33,625 nt of DNA from Dehalococcoides mccartyi (lineage in GTDB: Bacteria; Chloroflexota; Dehalococcoidia; UBA2979). The position numbers were made by a program, and so were the translations under genes. Shown here one piece after another: positions 1-16,157 of the stretch; positions within the stretch are counted from its first letter, which is position 1, and each line of letters starts with the position of its first letter. The stretch lies in contig CAMDAY010000003.1 of assembly GCA_945888895.1 (NCBI GenBank), positions 1 through 33,625 of the forward strand. The letters are read 5' to 3'. A model generated the notes under the pieces. That model had not been told where the DNA came from and did not search any database. It saw only the letters and a program-made list of their open reading frames with translations.

Positions 1-339
1 CTGATCGCGCACTCCACGAGCCTCGCGGTGCTGCTCACCGGCTCCGTGATCCACGGGCTGGCGTGGGGCGGTCGAGGCCCCCAGATGGCGGCAATCCGCG
101 CGGAGTACTTCGGGCGCGCGTCGTTCAGCAAGATCATGGGCGTCTCGAACGCGATCATCATCATCGGCACGATCACCGGTCCATTCATCGCCGGCATCAT
201 GTACGACACCACCGGCAGCTACCGCCTCGGCTTCGACATCCTCGCGCTGATGTCCGGCGCCGGCTCGATCTTCTTCGTGCTAGCGAAGCGACCGAAGCTC
301 CCCGTCCGCACACGCCCCGGCGACGTCACCGAGGCCTAG
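1..339 (+). CDS. MFS transporter, C-terminal part (truncated by window edge)
   Basis: Frame is open from base 1. Hydrophobic helices and a ..RAEYFGRASFSKIMG..GPFIAG..DTTGSY motif typical of OFA/MCT-like MFS proteins. Near-identical to the C-terminus of the next gene. Confidence 0.85.
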   Translation: MIAHSTSLAVLLTGSVIHGLAWGGRGPQMAAIRAEYFGRASFSKIMGVSNAIIIIGTITGPFIAGIMYDTTGSYRLGFDILALMSGAGSIFFVLAKRPKLPVRTRPGDVTEA

Positions 340-385
340 CCACCCGCGTTCGCCGCAGCCGCGATCCAGTGCCAGACTGGTCGGC

Positions 386-1693
386 ATGGCCCTCGACGCT
401 CCGCCGACGATCCCCGCGCCCTCCCCGAAACGCGGCCCGCGCATCTTCCTCGGGTGGTGGATCGTCGCCGCTGCCTCCTTCGTGCAGGCGTTTCAGACGG
501 GGCTGCTCCAGCAGGCGTACGGCAACTACGTCGTCGAGCTCGGCAGGGAGTTCGGCTGGTCGAAGGCGCTGCTGTCGTGGGGCGCGACGGAGCAGCAGGC
601 TGTCTACGGCGCCACCGGGCCGGGCATCGGCTGGCTCCTCGACCGGTTCGGCCCGCGCGCGGTGATCCGTGTCGGCATGGTGATCACCGGCGCGAGCTTC
701 TTCCTCTTCGCCCGCGTCGATTCCCCCGTGACGTTCTTCCTCGCGCTGTTCGTGATGTCGATCGGCGGCAACATGATCGGCTACATCCCCACGACGTTCG
801 TCGTGATCCACTGGTTCGAGCGCGGTCGGTCGAGGGCGCTCAGTCTCGCCGCCTCGGGCACCTCGTTCGGCGGGATGGCAGTCTTCTTCGTCGCGCTGTT
901 GATCGAGCGATACGGCTGGCGCACGACCGCCGACATCACCGGCGTCATCTTCATCCTCGCGGCGGTGCCGCTGACGATGGTGATGCACCACCACCCCCAG
1001 GACGTGGGCGAGCAGTTGGACGGCGGCGCCCCACCGCTCCGCGACGGCGCACCGGCCGAGGCTCCCGCACCGTCCATCGACTTCACACTCGCCGAGGCAC
1101 TGCGACACCCGGTGTTCTGGTGGATCTCGTTCGGGCACGGTTCGGCGCTGTTCGTGGTGTCCGCGATCAACGTCCACCTGGTCTCGAACCTGACGAAGGA
1201 GCACGGGTACTCCCTCTCACACGCCTCGGCGATCATGGTCCTCGTCACCGCGATGTACGGCATCGGCACGGTGACGGGCGGGTTCATCGGCGGGCGCGGC
1301 AACCGCCAGTCGGTGACGATGCTCTGCATGTTCATGCACATGGCGGGCATGCTGCTGCTGGCGCACGCCGTGAACGACGCGATGATCATCGCGTTCGCGC
1401 TGCTGCACGGCTACGCCTGGGGCTGGCGAGGTCCACAGATGGCGGCGCTGCGCGCGGACTACTTCGGCCGCGCGTCGTTCGGGAAGATCATGGGCGTCTC
1501 GAACATCATCATCATCATCGGGACGATGTTCGGCCCGCTGATCGCCGGCTACGCCTTCGACCTCACGGGCAGCTACCGCATCGGATTCGACATCCTCGCG
1601 GCGCTCGCGGGCCTCGGCTCGGTCTTCTTCTACCTGTCGAAGCCGCCCGAGCCACCAGCCCGCTACCGCGAGCAGTCCGCCGCGAGCGCGTAG
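386..1693 (+). CDS. MFS transporter (OFA/monocarboxylate-porter-like)
   Basis: 435 aa, about 12 hydrophobic segments, motif A GWLLDRFGPR, N-terminal GWWIV typical of this MFS group. Confidence 0.9.
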   Translation: MALDAPPTIPAPSPKRGPRIFLGWWIVAAASFVQAFQTGLLQQAYGNYVVELGREFGWSKALLSWGATEQQAVYGATGPGIGWLLDRFGPRAVIRVGMVITGASFFLFARVDSPVTFFLALFVMSIGGNMIGYIPTTFVVIHWFERGRSRALSLAASGTSFGGMAVFFVALLIERYGWRTTADITGVIFILAAVPLTMVMHHHPQDVGEQLDGGAPPLRDGAPAEAPAPSIDFTLAEALRHPVFWWISFGHGSALFVVSAINVHLVSNLTKEHGYSLSHASAIMVLVTAMYGIGTVTGGFIGGRGNRQSVTMLCMFMHMAGMLLLAHAVNDAMIIAFALLHGYAWGWRGPQMAALRADYFGRASFGKIMGVSNIIIIIGTMFGPLIAGYAFDLTGSYRIGFDILAALAGLGSVFFYLSKPPEPPARYREQSAASA

Positions 1694-1741
1694 CGATCCG
1701 TCGGGGTTCGCGCACTGATCATTGGCGTGTCCGCCGGGAGT

Positions 1742-1762
1742 GTGAGGGGCGCAGCCCCTCAC
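1742..1762. terminator. 9-bp GC hairpin between convergent MFS and cysS genes
   Basis: GTGAGGGGC-gca-GCCCCTCAC perfect inverted repeat. No long U tract. Confidence 0.45.
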
Positions 1763-1797
1763 GTCTGGTTTCTCCCCCCGCCCCCGGCAACAAGTCA

Positions 1798-3192
1798 CTA
1801 CCGCTTCAGGCTCCAGCGCGCGCCCTGCGGGGTGTCCTCGATCACGATGCCGCGCGCGTCGAGCTCTGCGCGGATCTCGTCGGCGCGCTTGAAGTCGCGC
1901 GCGGCGCGCGCGGCGGTGCGTTCGAGGAGCAGCGCGTCGATCTCGGCAGCGTCCTCGCGTGGCGCATCGCTGCCGCCCTGCTCCAGCGACAGGCCGAGGA
2001 CACCCGCCAGTTCGCCGAGCGTTGCCTGCATCGCGCGGATGTCGTCACCGTTGCGGCTCGCGTCGATCGCGCGGTTGATCTCCGTCGCGAGGCGGAACAG
2101 CACGGCCAGCGCGTGCGAGGTGTCGAGGTCGTCCTCGAGCGCGTCGATGAAGTCGGACTCACGCGCGCCCTCGGGCGGCTCGAAGCGCGCTCCGGTCGCG
2201 TCATCGGGGACGTCGCGCGTCGCGGCACGCGCGAGGCGCTCCACGCCGGCGCCGGCAGCCGCCATCGCCTCGTCGGTGAGGTTCGTTTGCGAGCGGTAGT
2301 GGGAGGAGAGCACGTACAACCGGATCGCGTCCGGCGACCAGCGGTCGAGGGCCTCCCCGACGCTGACGACGTTGCCGATCGACTTCGACATCTTCTCGCC
2401 GTCGCGCTGCACCATGCCGTTGTGCATCCACAGGCTGGCGAACACGGGCGACGTGCGCGCGGCCGCCTCCGCCTGCGCGATCTCGTTCTCATGGTGCGGG
2501 AAGATCAGATCGAGGCCCCCGCCGTGGATGTCAAAGCGCTCGCCGAGGTACCGCCTCGACATCGCGGAGCACTCGATGTGCCAGCCGGGGCGGCCCTTGC
2601 CCCACGGGGAATCCCACGCGGGCTCGCCGGGCTTCACCGACTTCCACAGCGCGAAGTCCAGGGGGAACTCCTTCTCGTCGCCGGGCTCGAAGCGCGTGCC
2701 GGTGCGGAGGTCCTCGATGTTGCGATGGCTGAGTTTGCCGTAGTCGCTCTTCGCGCGCACGCGGAAATACACGTCGCCGGAGGCCGTCACGTAGCCGAAG
2801 CCGTTCGCGACGATCTCCTCGGTCATGCCGACGATGTTCTCGATCTCGAGGCTCACGCGCGGGCGCACATCCGGCTTCAACAACCCGAGGCGCTCCTGCT
2901 CGTCCTCCCACTGCGCGATGTTCTGGTTCGCCAGCTCGAGGGGGTCGATGCCCATCGCCGCGCCACGGTCGATCAGCTTGTCGTCCACGTCCGTGTAGTT
3001 CGACACGAACGTGACCTCGAGGCCGCGCCAGCGCAGGTACCGCACGAGGACGTCGTAAACGATGAGCGACATCGCGTGGCCGACGTGCGCGGAGTCGTAG
3101 GGCGTGACGCCGCAGACGTAGATGCCGACCTTGCCGGGAGTGACCGGGACGAGCTCCTCGAGCGCGCCGGTCATGGTGTTCTGCAATCTCAC
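1798..3192 (-). CDS. cysS: Cysteine--tRNA ligase
   Basis: YVCGVTPY, HVGH (HIGH), GRPGWHIECSAM, DIHGGGLDLIFPHHENE and KMSKS motifs. Start placed at GTG 3192, overlapping the cysE stop (GTGA). Confidence 0.97.
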   Translation of the reverse strand: MRLQNTMTGALEELVPVTPGKVGIYVCGVTPYDSAHVGHAMSLIVYDVLVRYLRWRGLEVTFVSNYTDVDDKLIDRGAAMGIDPLELANQNIAQWEDEQERLGLLKPDVRPRVSLEIENIVGMTEEIVANGFGYVTASGDVYFRVRAKSDYGKLSHRNIEDLRTGTRFEPGDEKEFPLDFALWKSVKPGEPAWDSPWGKGRPGWHIECSAMSRRYLGERFDIHGGGLDLIFPHHENEIAQAEAAARTSPVFASLWMHNGMVQRDGEKMSKSIGNVVSVGEALDRWSPDAIRLYVLSSHYRSQTNLTDEAMAAAGAGVERLARAATRDVPDDATGARFEPPEGARESDFIDALEDDLDTSHALAVLFRLATEINRAIDASRNGDDIRAMQATLGELAGVLGLSLEQGGSDAPREDAAEIDALLLERTAARAARDFKRADEIRAELDARGIVIEDTPQGARWSLKR

Positions 3193-3902
3193 TCGGCCGT
3201 CACCGAACCCTGCATCGGCGTGGGCATCGGCGTGGAGATCGGCGTGGAGATCGGCGTGGAGATCGGCGTGGCGGCACGCGCGGCAGCCAACTGCCGTTCG
3301 AGGTCGCCGATGCGCCGCTCGAGCGCGTCGATGCGATCCCACTCCGGGTCGGGGAGGCGCTCGACGGTGTCGTTGCTGCGGTTGGTGTACGCGATCACGT
3401 GGCCGGGCACTCCTACGACCGTCGCCCCGGGGGGCACGCTGGAGACCACCACCGACCCGGCGCCGATCTTCGCGCCCGCGCCAATGGTGACCGCTCCGAT
3501 GATCTGTGCGCCCGCGCCTACGGTCACGTACTCCTCCAGCGTGGGGTGGCGCTTCTCGCGCCGCGTGGAGGTGCCGCCGAGGGTGACGCCCTGCAGCAGG
3601 TGGCAGTGGTCGTTGATGATCGTCGTCTCGCCGATCACGACGCCCATGCCATGGTCGATGAAGAAGTCGTGCCCGATCTGCGCGCGCGGGTGAATCTCGA
3701 TGCCCGTGAGCATCCGTCCGAGGTGCGACAGCACGCGCGCGACCAGCGGGTAGCCAACAGCGTCGATGCGGTGCGCGATGCGGTAGATCAGCAGCGCGTG
3801 GACGCCGGGGTACGTCAGCAGCACCTCGGTGGCCGAGCGGGCCGCCGGGTCGCGGCGCATCGCCGCGCCGATGTCCTCGTGAATGCGGGAGAGCCAGGTC
3901 AC
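3189..3902 (-). CDS. cysE: Serine O-acetyltransferase
   Basis: RDPAARS..YPGVHAL, TGIEIHPRAQIG..FIDHGMGVVIGET, KRHPTL and hexapeptide repeats. Start placed at GTG 3902 after GAGGA. Confidence 0.93.
   Translation of the reverse strand: MTWLSRIHEDIGAAMRRDPAARSATEVLLTYPGVHALLIYRIAHRIDAVGYPLVARVLSHLGRMLTGIEIHPRAQIGHDFFIDHGMGVVIGETTIINDHCHLLQGVTLGGTSTRREKRHPTLEEYVTVGAGAQIIGAVTIGAGAKIGAGSVVVSSVPPGATVVGVPGHVIAYTNRSNDTVERLPDPEWDRIDALERRIGDLERQLAAARAATPISTPISTPISTPMPTPMQGSVTAE
3214..3273. repeat. 5 x 12-bp tandem repeat (ATCGGCGTGGAG) encoding TPIS/TPMP repeats at the CysE C-terminus
   Basis: Three exact central units and two flanking variants, read directly from the sequence. Confidence 0.9.
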
Positions 3903-3948
3903 GCGGCAGTCCTCTGGCGCGACGGTCCGGGGAGGCCCGTCAGACTGC

Positions 3949-4434
3949 TTATGGTACATCCTCTTCGAGGAGCGCCACCGCCATCGCGGCGATCGCCAGC
4001 CCCGCGCCGATGTCCCCGACGCGCTCGTTGGTCGTCGCCTTCACGTTCACCCGCCCCGGCGGCAGCCCGAGCACGACCGCGATCGACTCGCGCATCGCCT
4101 CGATGTGCCCGCCCAGCCGAGGGCGCTCCGCGATGACGGTGGCGTCCACGTTCTCGATGCTGAACCCGCGTGCCACCACGAGGCGCTGGACGCGCTTGAG
4201 CAACTCCCGGCTGTCGATGCCGCGCGTGGCCGCCTCGCCCGGCGGGAAATGCCGCCCGATGTCGCCCTCGCCCGCCGCACCGAGCAGCGCGTCGATGATC
4301 GCGTGGATCAGCGCATCGCCATCCGAGTGCCCTTCGAGGGACGGCGCACCGGGCACCTCAACCCCGCCGAGGCGCAGCGTGCCCTCCGCGGGCTCGCGGA
4401 AACGGTGCAGGTCGTAGCCGGTTCCGACGCGCAT
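3949..4434 (-). CDS. ispF: 2-C-methyl-D-erythritol 2,4-cyclodiphosphate synthase
   Basis: MRVGTGYDLHRF, GHSDGDALIHAIIDALLGA, GDIGRHFP and VNVKATTNE motifs. Confidence 0.97.
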   Translation of the reverse strand: MRVGTGYDLHRFREPAEGTLRLGGVEVPGAPSLEGHSDGDALIHAIIDALLGAAGEGDIGRHFPPGEAATRGIDSRELLKRVQRLVVARGFSIENVDATVIAERPRLGGHIEAMRESIAVVLGLPPGRVNVKATTNERVGDIGAGLAIAAMAVALLEEDVP

Positions 4435-4440
4435 GTTGGT

Positions 4441-5160
4441 CTAGCCCTCTCGTTGCTCGATCAGCGCGCGCGCGACAGCGAGGTCGGCGGGCGTCGTCAC
4501 CTTGATGTTCGTCGCGTCACCCGGCACCACCACGACCGGCAGGCCCAGATGCTCCACCATCGCTGCATCGTCCGTCACGTCCGTCGTCACCTCGACATGC
4601 GCGAGGCGCAGCAGGTTGCCGCGAAACGCCTGCGGCGTCTGGATAGCGCGCAGCGGCCCGCGGTCGATGGTGCCACGCACCGCCTCGACCCCACTCGTGT
4701 CGTCGAGGGGCACGACGCGCTTCACGGTGTCCGCGATCGGCACACCGGGGATCGCCGCGCCATGCGCGCGCGCCGCCGCGAGCACGCGCGCCGCGAGGTC
4801 GCTCGTGACGAGCGCACGCGCCCCGTCGTGCACGATGACCCACGCCGCATCCGGCACGGCGGCGATCCCTGCCGCCACGGAGTCCTGCCGCCGCGCACCG
4901 CCCTCGACACACCGCACCTCGACGCCGCACCCGTCGAGCAGCGCCGCGAGCGCCGCATGTCGCTCCACCGGCGCCACGCACACAAGCACCGTCACGCCGG
5001 GCGTCGAGGCGATCGCACGCAACGTGTGCGCGATCAGCGGCGAGCCATGCAGGTCGACCCAGATCTTGTCGACCCCGCCCATGCGCGAAGACGTCCCCGC
5101 CGCGAGCACGATCGCCGCGACGTCCTCGGTGCTGTCGTTGGGTTGAGGTGATTCGTTCAT
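4441..5160 (-). CDS. ispD: 2-C-methyl-D-erythritol 4-phosphate cytidylyltransferase
   Basis: LAAGTSSRMGGVDK, GGARRQDSV, VHDGAR, QTPQAF, TDDA and NIKVTTPADL motifs. Start ATG 5160 with -10-like TACAAT 9 nt upstream; the longer ORF call runs through repeat DNA. Confidence 0.95.
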   Translation of the reverse strand: MNESPQPNDSTEDVAAIVLAAGTSSRMGGVDKIWVDLHGSPLIAHTLRAIASTPGVTVLVCVAPVERHAALAALLDGCGVEVRCVEGGARRQDSVAAGIAAVPDAAWVIVHDGARALVTSDLAARVLAAARAHGAAIPGVPIADTVKRVVPLDDTSGVEAVRGTIDRGPLRAIQTPQAFRGNLLRLAHVEVTTDVTDDAAMVEHLGLPVVVVPGDATNIKVTTPADLAVARALIEQREG

Positions 5161-5213
5161 CGCGCCCTCATTGTAGGTGGCGCACTGGTGAGAGCAGAGC
5201 CCGCGCGGAGCGC

Positions 5214-5345
5214 GCTCCGACCCCCTCCCCCTTGACGGGGGAGGGCCGGGGTGGGGGTGGACGGCGGTTGCGCCAGCCCCTCGCGGCGAACAAGGATCGC
5301 TCGGCGAAACCCCCTCTCTCACCCTCCCCCATAAAGGGGGAGGGG
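5214..5345. repeat. Pair of BoxC/REP-like G/C-skewed palindromic repeats (5214-5258 and 5311-5345, opposite orientation)
   Basis: CCCTCCCCC-loop-GGGGGAGGG hairpins with G-rich or C-rich tails; same family as copies at 7351, 17462, 17843, 17894, 19479 and 19532. Confidence 0.8.
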
Positions 5346-5365
5346 ACAGAAAGAATCAAGAAGAA

Positions 5366-6661
5366 TTACGGGTAGTACCCGCGCAACTCGAGCGCCTCGA
5401 CGACGCGCTCGATGCCGATGATGTTCGCCGCCTCGCGCATCGAGCAGCCCGGCCCCACCTTCGCCGCGCGCGTCGCGATGTCGCGGTACGCAGTCGTCAG
5501 CAGCCGCTGCAGTTCCTCGTTCACGCGTGCCTCGGTCCACTGGAGGTACTGGCGTGCCTGCACCCACTCGAAGTACGAGACGGTGACACCGCCGGCATTC
5601 GCGAGGATGTCCGGGATCACGACGATGCCGCGGTCCTCGAAGATCTGGTCGGCCTCTGCCGTCGTCGGCCCGTTCGCGCCCTCGATGATCAGCCTTGCGC
5701 GCACCTGGCCGGCGTTGTTCGCGGTCAGCACGGATTCGACCGCGGCAGGCACGAGGATATCGACATCCGCCGTGAGCACGTCCTCGGCTTCAACGATCTG
5801 CGCTGCGTCGCTCGCCTCGGCCCACTTACGCAGGTCGCCACCCTGGCCGACGTGCGAGTAGGCCGCGGTGACGTCGATCCCGTTCGGGTTGTAGAGGGCG
5901 GAGCGCACATCGGAGAGGTACAGCACCTTCGCGCCGGCCTCGTGGATCAGCCGCGCAGCAACGCTGCCGACATTCCCGAAGCCCTGCACGGACACGGTCT
6001 TCCCGGCCACGCCCCCCTGCGCCTGCAGGTGCTCCTGCAGCAAGAAATAGATGCCGCGCCCGGTCGCCTCGTTCCGTCCCGCCGAGCCGCCAAGCGAAAC
6101 CGGCTTGCCGGTCACCACGCCGGGGATCGTGTATCCGCGCGACATGGAGTACGTGTCCATCATCCACGCCATCGTCTGCGCGTTCGTGCCCATGTCCGGC
6201 GCAGGGATGTCCTTGTCCGGCCCGATGATGGGCTCCAGCTCCGTCGTGAAGCGCCGCGTGAGGTTCTGAAGCTCCTGCTGGCTGAGCTTCGTCGGATCGA
6301 CGATCACACCGCCCTTCGCGCCACCGAACGGGATGTTCACCACCGCGCACTTCCACGTCATCAGCATCGCCAGCGCGCGCACGTCGTCGAGGGTGACGTG
6401 CGGGGAGTAGCGGATGCCGCCCTTCGTGGGACCGCGAGCGGTGTCGTGCAGGACGCGATAGCCCTCGAAGATCTTGATCGACCCATCGTCCATCTGCACC
6501 GGGAACTGCGTCTGGAACACGGTCTTCCACGACGTCAGGTACGCGCGGTATCGGTCGCTCAGGTTGATCGTGTCAGCCGCCGCATGGAACTGCGCCAGCG
6601 TGCTCGCGAGGATCCCCTCGCCTGCTGCAGGGTGGGCGAGGGTCGGAGTGGTCGTGGTCAT
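5366..6661 (-). CDS. gdhA: Glutamate dehydrogenase (Glu/Leu/Phe/Val dehydrogenase family)
   Basis: GPTKGGIRY, MTWKCAV..PFGGAKGG, DIPAPDMGT, QGFGNVG, EGANGP and NAGGVTVSYFEW motifs. Start ATG 6661 after GGAAAGG. Confidence 0.93.
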   Translation of the reverse strand: MTTTTPTLAHPAAGEGILASTLAQFHAAADTINLSDRYRAYLTSWKTVFQTQFPVQMDDGSIKIFEGYRVLHDTARGPTKGGIRYSPHVTLDDVRALAMLMTWKCAVVNIPFGGAKGGVIVDPTKLSQQELQNLTRRFTTELEPIIGPDKDIPAPDMGTNAQTMAWMMDTYSMSRGYTIPGVVTGKPVSLGGSAGRNEATGRGIYFLLQEHLQAQGGVAGKTVSVQGFGNVGSVAARLIHEAGAKVLYLSDVRSALYNPNGIDVTAAYSHVGQGGDLRKWAEASDAAQIVEAEDVLTADVDILVPAAVESVLTANNAGQVRARLIIEGANGPTTAEADQIFEDRGIVVIPDILANAGGVTVSYFEWVQARQYLQWTEARVNEELQRLLTTAYRDIATRAAKVGPGCSMREAANIIGIERVVEALELRGYYP

Positions 6662-6762
6662 CGGCGGGCGCCTTTCCGTAGAGGGCCTATTGCCCTGCAT
6701 CGATGGTACCGCCGACTCACGCCCGATCTGTTACGTGGACGTGTAGGACTCGCGCCTTCGCG

Positions 6763-7302
6763 CTATGACGCGTCGAGGCCCTCGGTGCGAAGCATCGCCA
6801 GCACGGCGCGATCCGTCTCGAACGCGATCTCGTCGTCCGGCGGCAGCGCGTCCAGCGGGAAGAAGCGTGCCCCGACGGCATCGTCGCCCGCAGCCAGCGT
6901 GCCGCCGACACACCGCGCGAGGAACCACACCCCCACACTATGCCGCTCCGGGAAGAAGTTGGAGCGTACCTCGAGGACGCGGTCCAGCTCGACGTCGACG
7001 CCGGTCTCCTCGCGTATCTCGCGGATCAGTGCGTCGCGGAGGTCCTCGTCGTATTCGACGAAGCCGCCCGGCAGATCCCACAGCCCCGGTCGAAAACTCC
7101 CGCCCCGTCGAGTGAGGAGCACCGCGCCGTCCTCGACCACGATCGCCGCGACGCCGACGTTGGGGTTCTGGAAGAACACGAACCGGCAGGCCGGACAGAC
7201 GAGACGCTCACGCTCCCCGCGCACCTCGAGGCCCAGCGCCGCGCCGCACTTCGGACAGTGCGTGTATCGGTCGTTGCCGCTGGGATGGGGCGTCGGGGGC
7301 AT
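6763..7302 (-). CDS. Nudix hydrolase with N-terminal zinc ribbon
   Basis: CPKC..CPAC ribbon followed by the Nudix box GGFVEYDEDLRDALIREIREETG. Confidence 0.92.
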   Translation of the reverse strand: MPPTPHPSGNDRYTHCPKCGAALGLEVRGERERLVCPACRFVFFQNPNVGVAAIVVEDGAVLLTRRGGSFRPGLWDLPGGFVEYDEDLRDALIREIREETGVDVELDRVLEVRSNFFPERHSVGVWFLARCVGGTLAAGDDAVGARFFPLDALPPDDEIAFETDRAVLAMLRTEGLDAS

Positions 7303-7350
7303 ACGCCGGATGGTACGCGGCTGGCGTAGCCGTGGCTCGGCAGAACAGAA

Positions 7351-7388
7351 CCCTCACCCCAGCCCTCTCCCGTAAACGGGCGAGGGGG
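7351..7388. repeat. BoxC/REP-like repeat copy
   Basis: CCCTCACCCCAGCCCTCTCCCGTAAACGGGCGAGGGGG matches the family pattern. Confidence 0.8.
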
Positions 7389-7618
7389 CAAGAACCCGGA
7401 ACCTCGCTGTGAAACGGGTGAGCAGAGTGACCGGACTTCCGCCGAAGTGCGAAGCGCCCTCGGTCTCGGGGGAGCGCGAGGGCGAACGCCTTCGCCATCT
7501 ATCCCCCGTCCCCTGCGCAGGGGGCTCGGGGCTCGGGCTGGTCGCCCCACGCTGCCCCCTCGACGGCACGCGCGAGGAGCAAGGCGCGCCCCACTTCGAG
7601 GACACCCCGCAAACGTGC

Positions 7619-7644
7619 CGAGGGCCCCGTTGCCGGGGCCCTCG
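7619..7644 (-). terminator. Probable rpoC terminator
   Basis: 11-bp perfect stem CGAGGGCCCCG/CGGGGCCCTCG, 57 nt past the rpoC stop, followed on the minus strand by GCACGTTT. Confidence 0.6.
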
Positions 7645-7700
7645 TCGTCGGTGACGCAACGTCGGACGCCACGTTGCCGTCTGCGAATGAAGTGCCGGGG

Positions 7701-15802
<8,102 letters not shown>

Positions 15803-16081
15803 AGACGCTCCCATCATCAGTCCCGGTCGCGGGGTTCCGCGGGCCGGCGGGGCTCGCTGCAGTACAGCTCCTGGGTCAGGCCCAGGGCAGGGTGCGCATC
15901 GAGGTTGGACTTGGGGACTGTCTGAGAGTGTCTCCACGACCTGCGGCAACCTGCCCGCGGTCTTCTGAGCACACTCCCCAGGACATATCTCCGGGGACAT
16001 AGCAACACCCCGTTTGGCCGCTAGGCCGTCGGAGTCCCACAAGAGTTAGCCGTTATTTCGATTGCGCCCCACGCATCAATC

Positions 16082-16109
16082 AGTGTACCGCGCCCGAGCA
16101 GAATCTCAA
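16082..16109 (-). promoter_or_regulatory. Putative sigma70/sigmaA promoter for rpoBC
   Basis: Minus strand TTGAGA-N16-TACACT in a locally AT-richer stretch. Confidence 0.5.
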
Positions 16110-16157
16110 CAATACGTCCCTGCCGAAATTCGGTCAACGCCCGCCGATTCGGCGAGG

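Noticed and set aside
3214-3273. Possible CRISPR array
   Set aside because: 12-bp head-to-tail units without spacers, inside a CDS, and no cas genes in the window.
5161-5322. N-terminal extensions of ispD (and of the lipoprotein, rpoB and ileS) in the ORF track
   Set aside because: They translate repeat, leader or T-box DNA; better starts with SD or -10 elements lie downstream.
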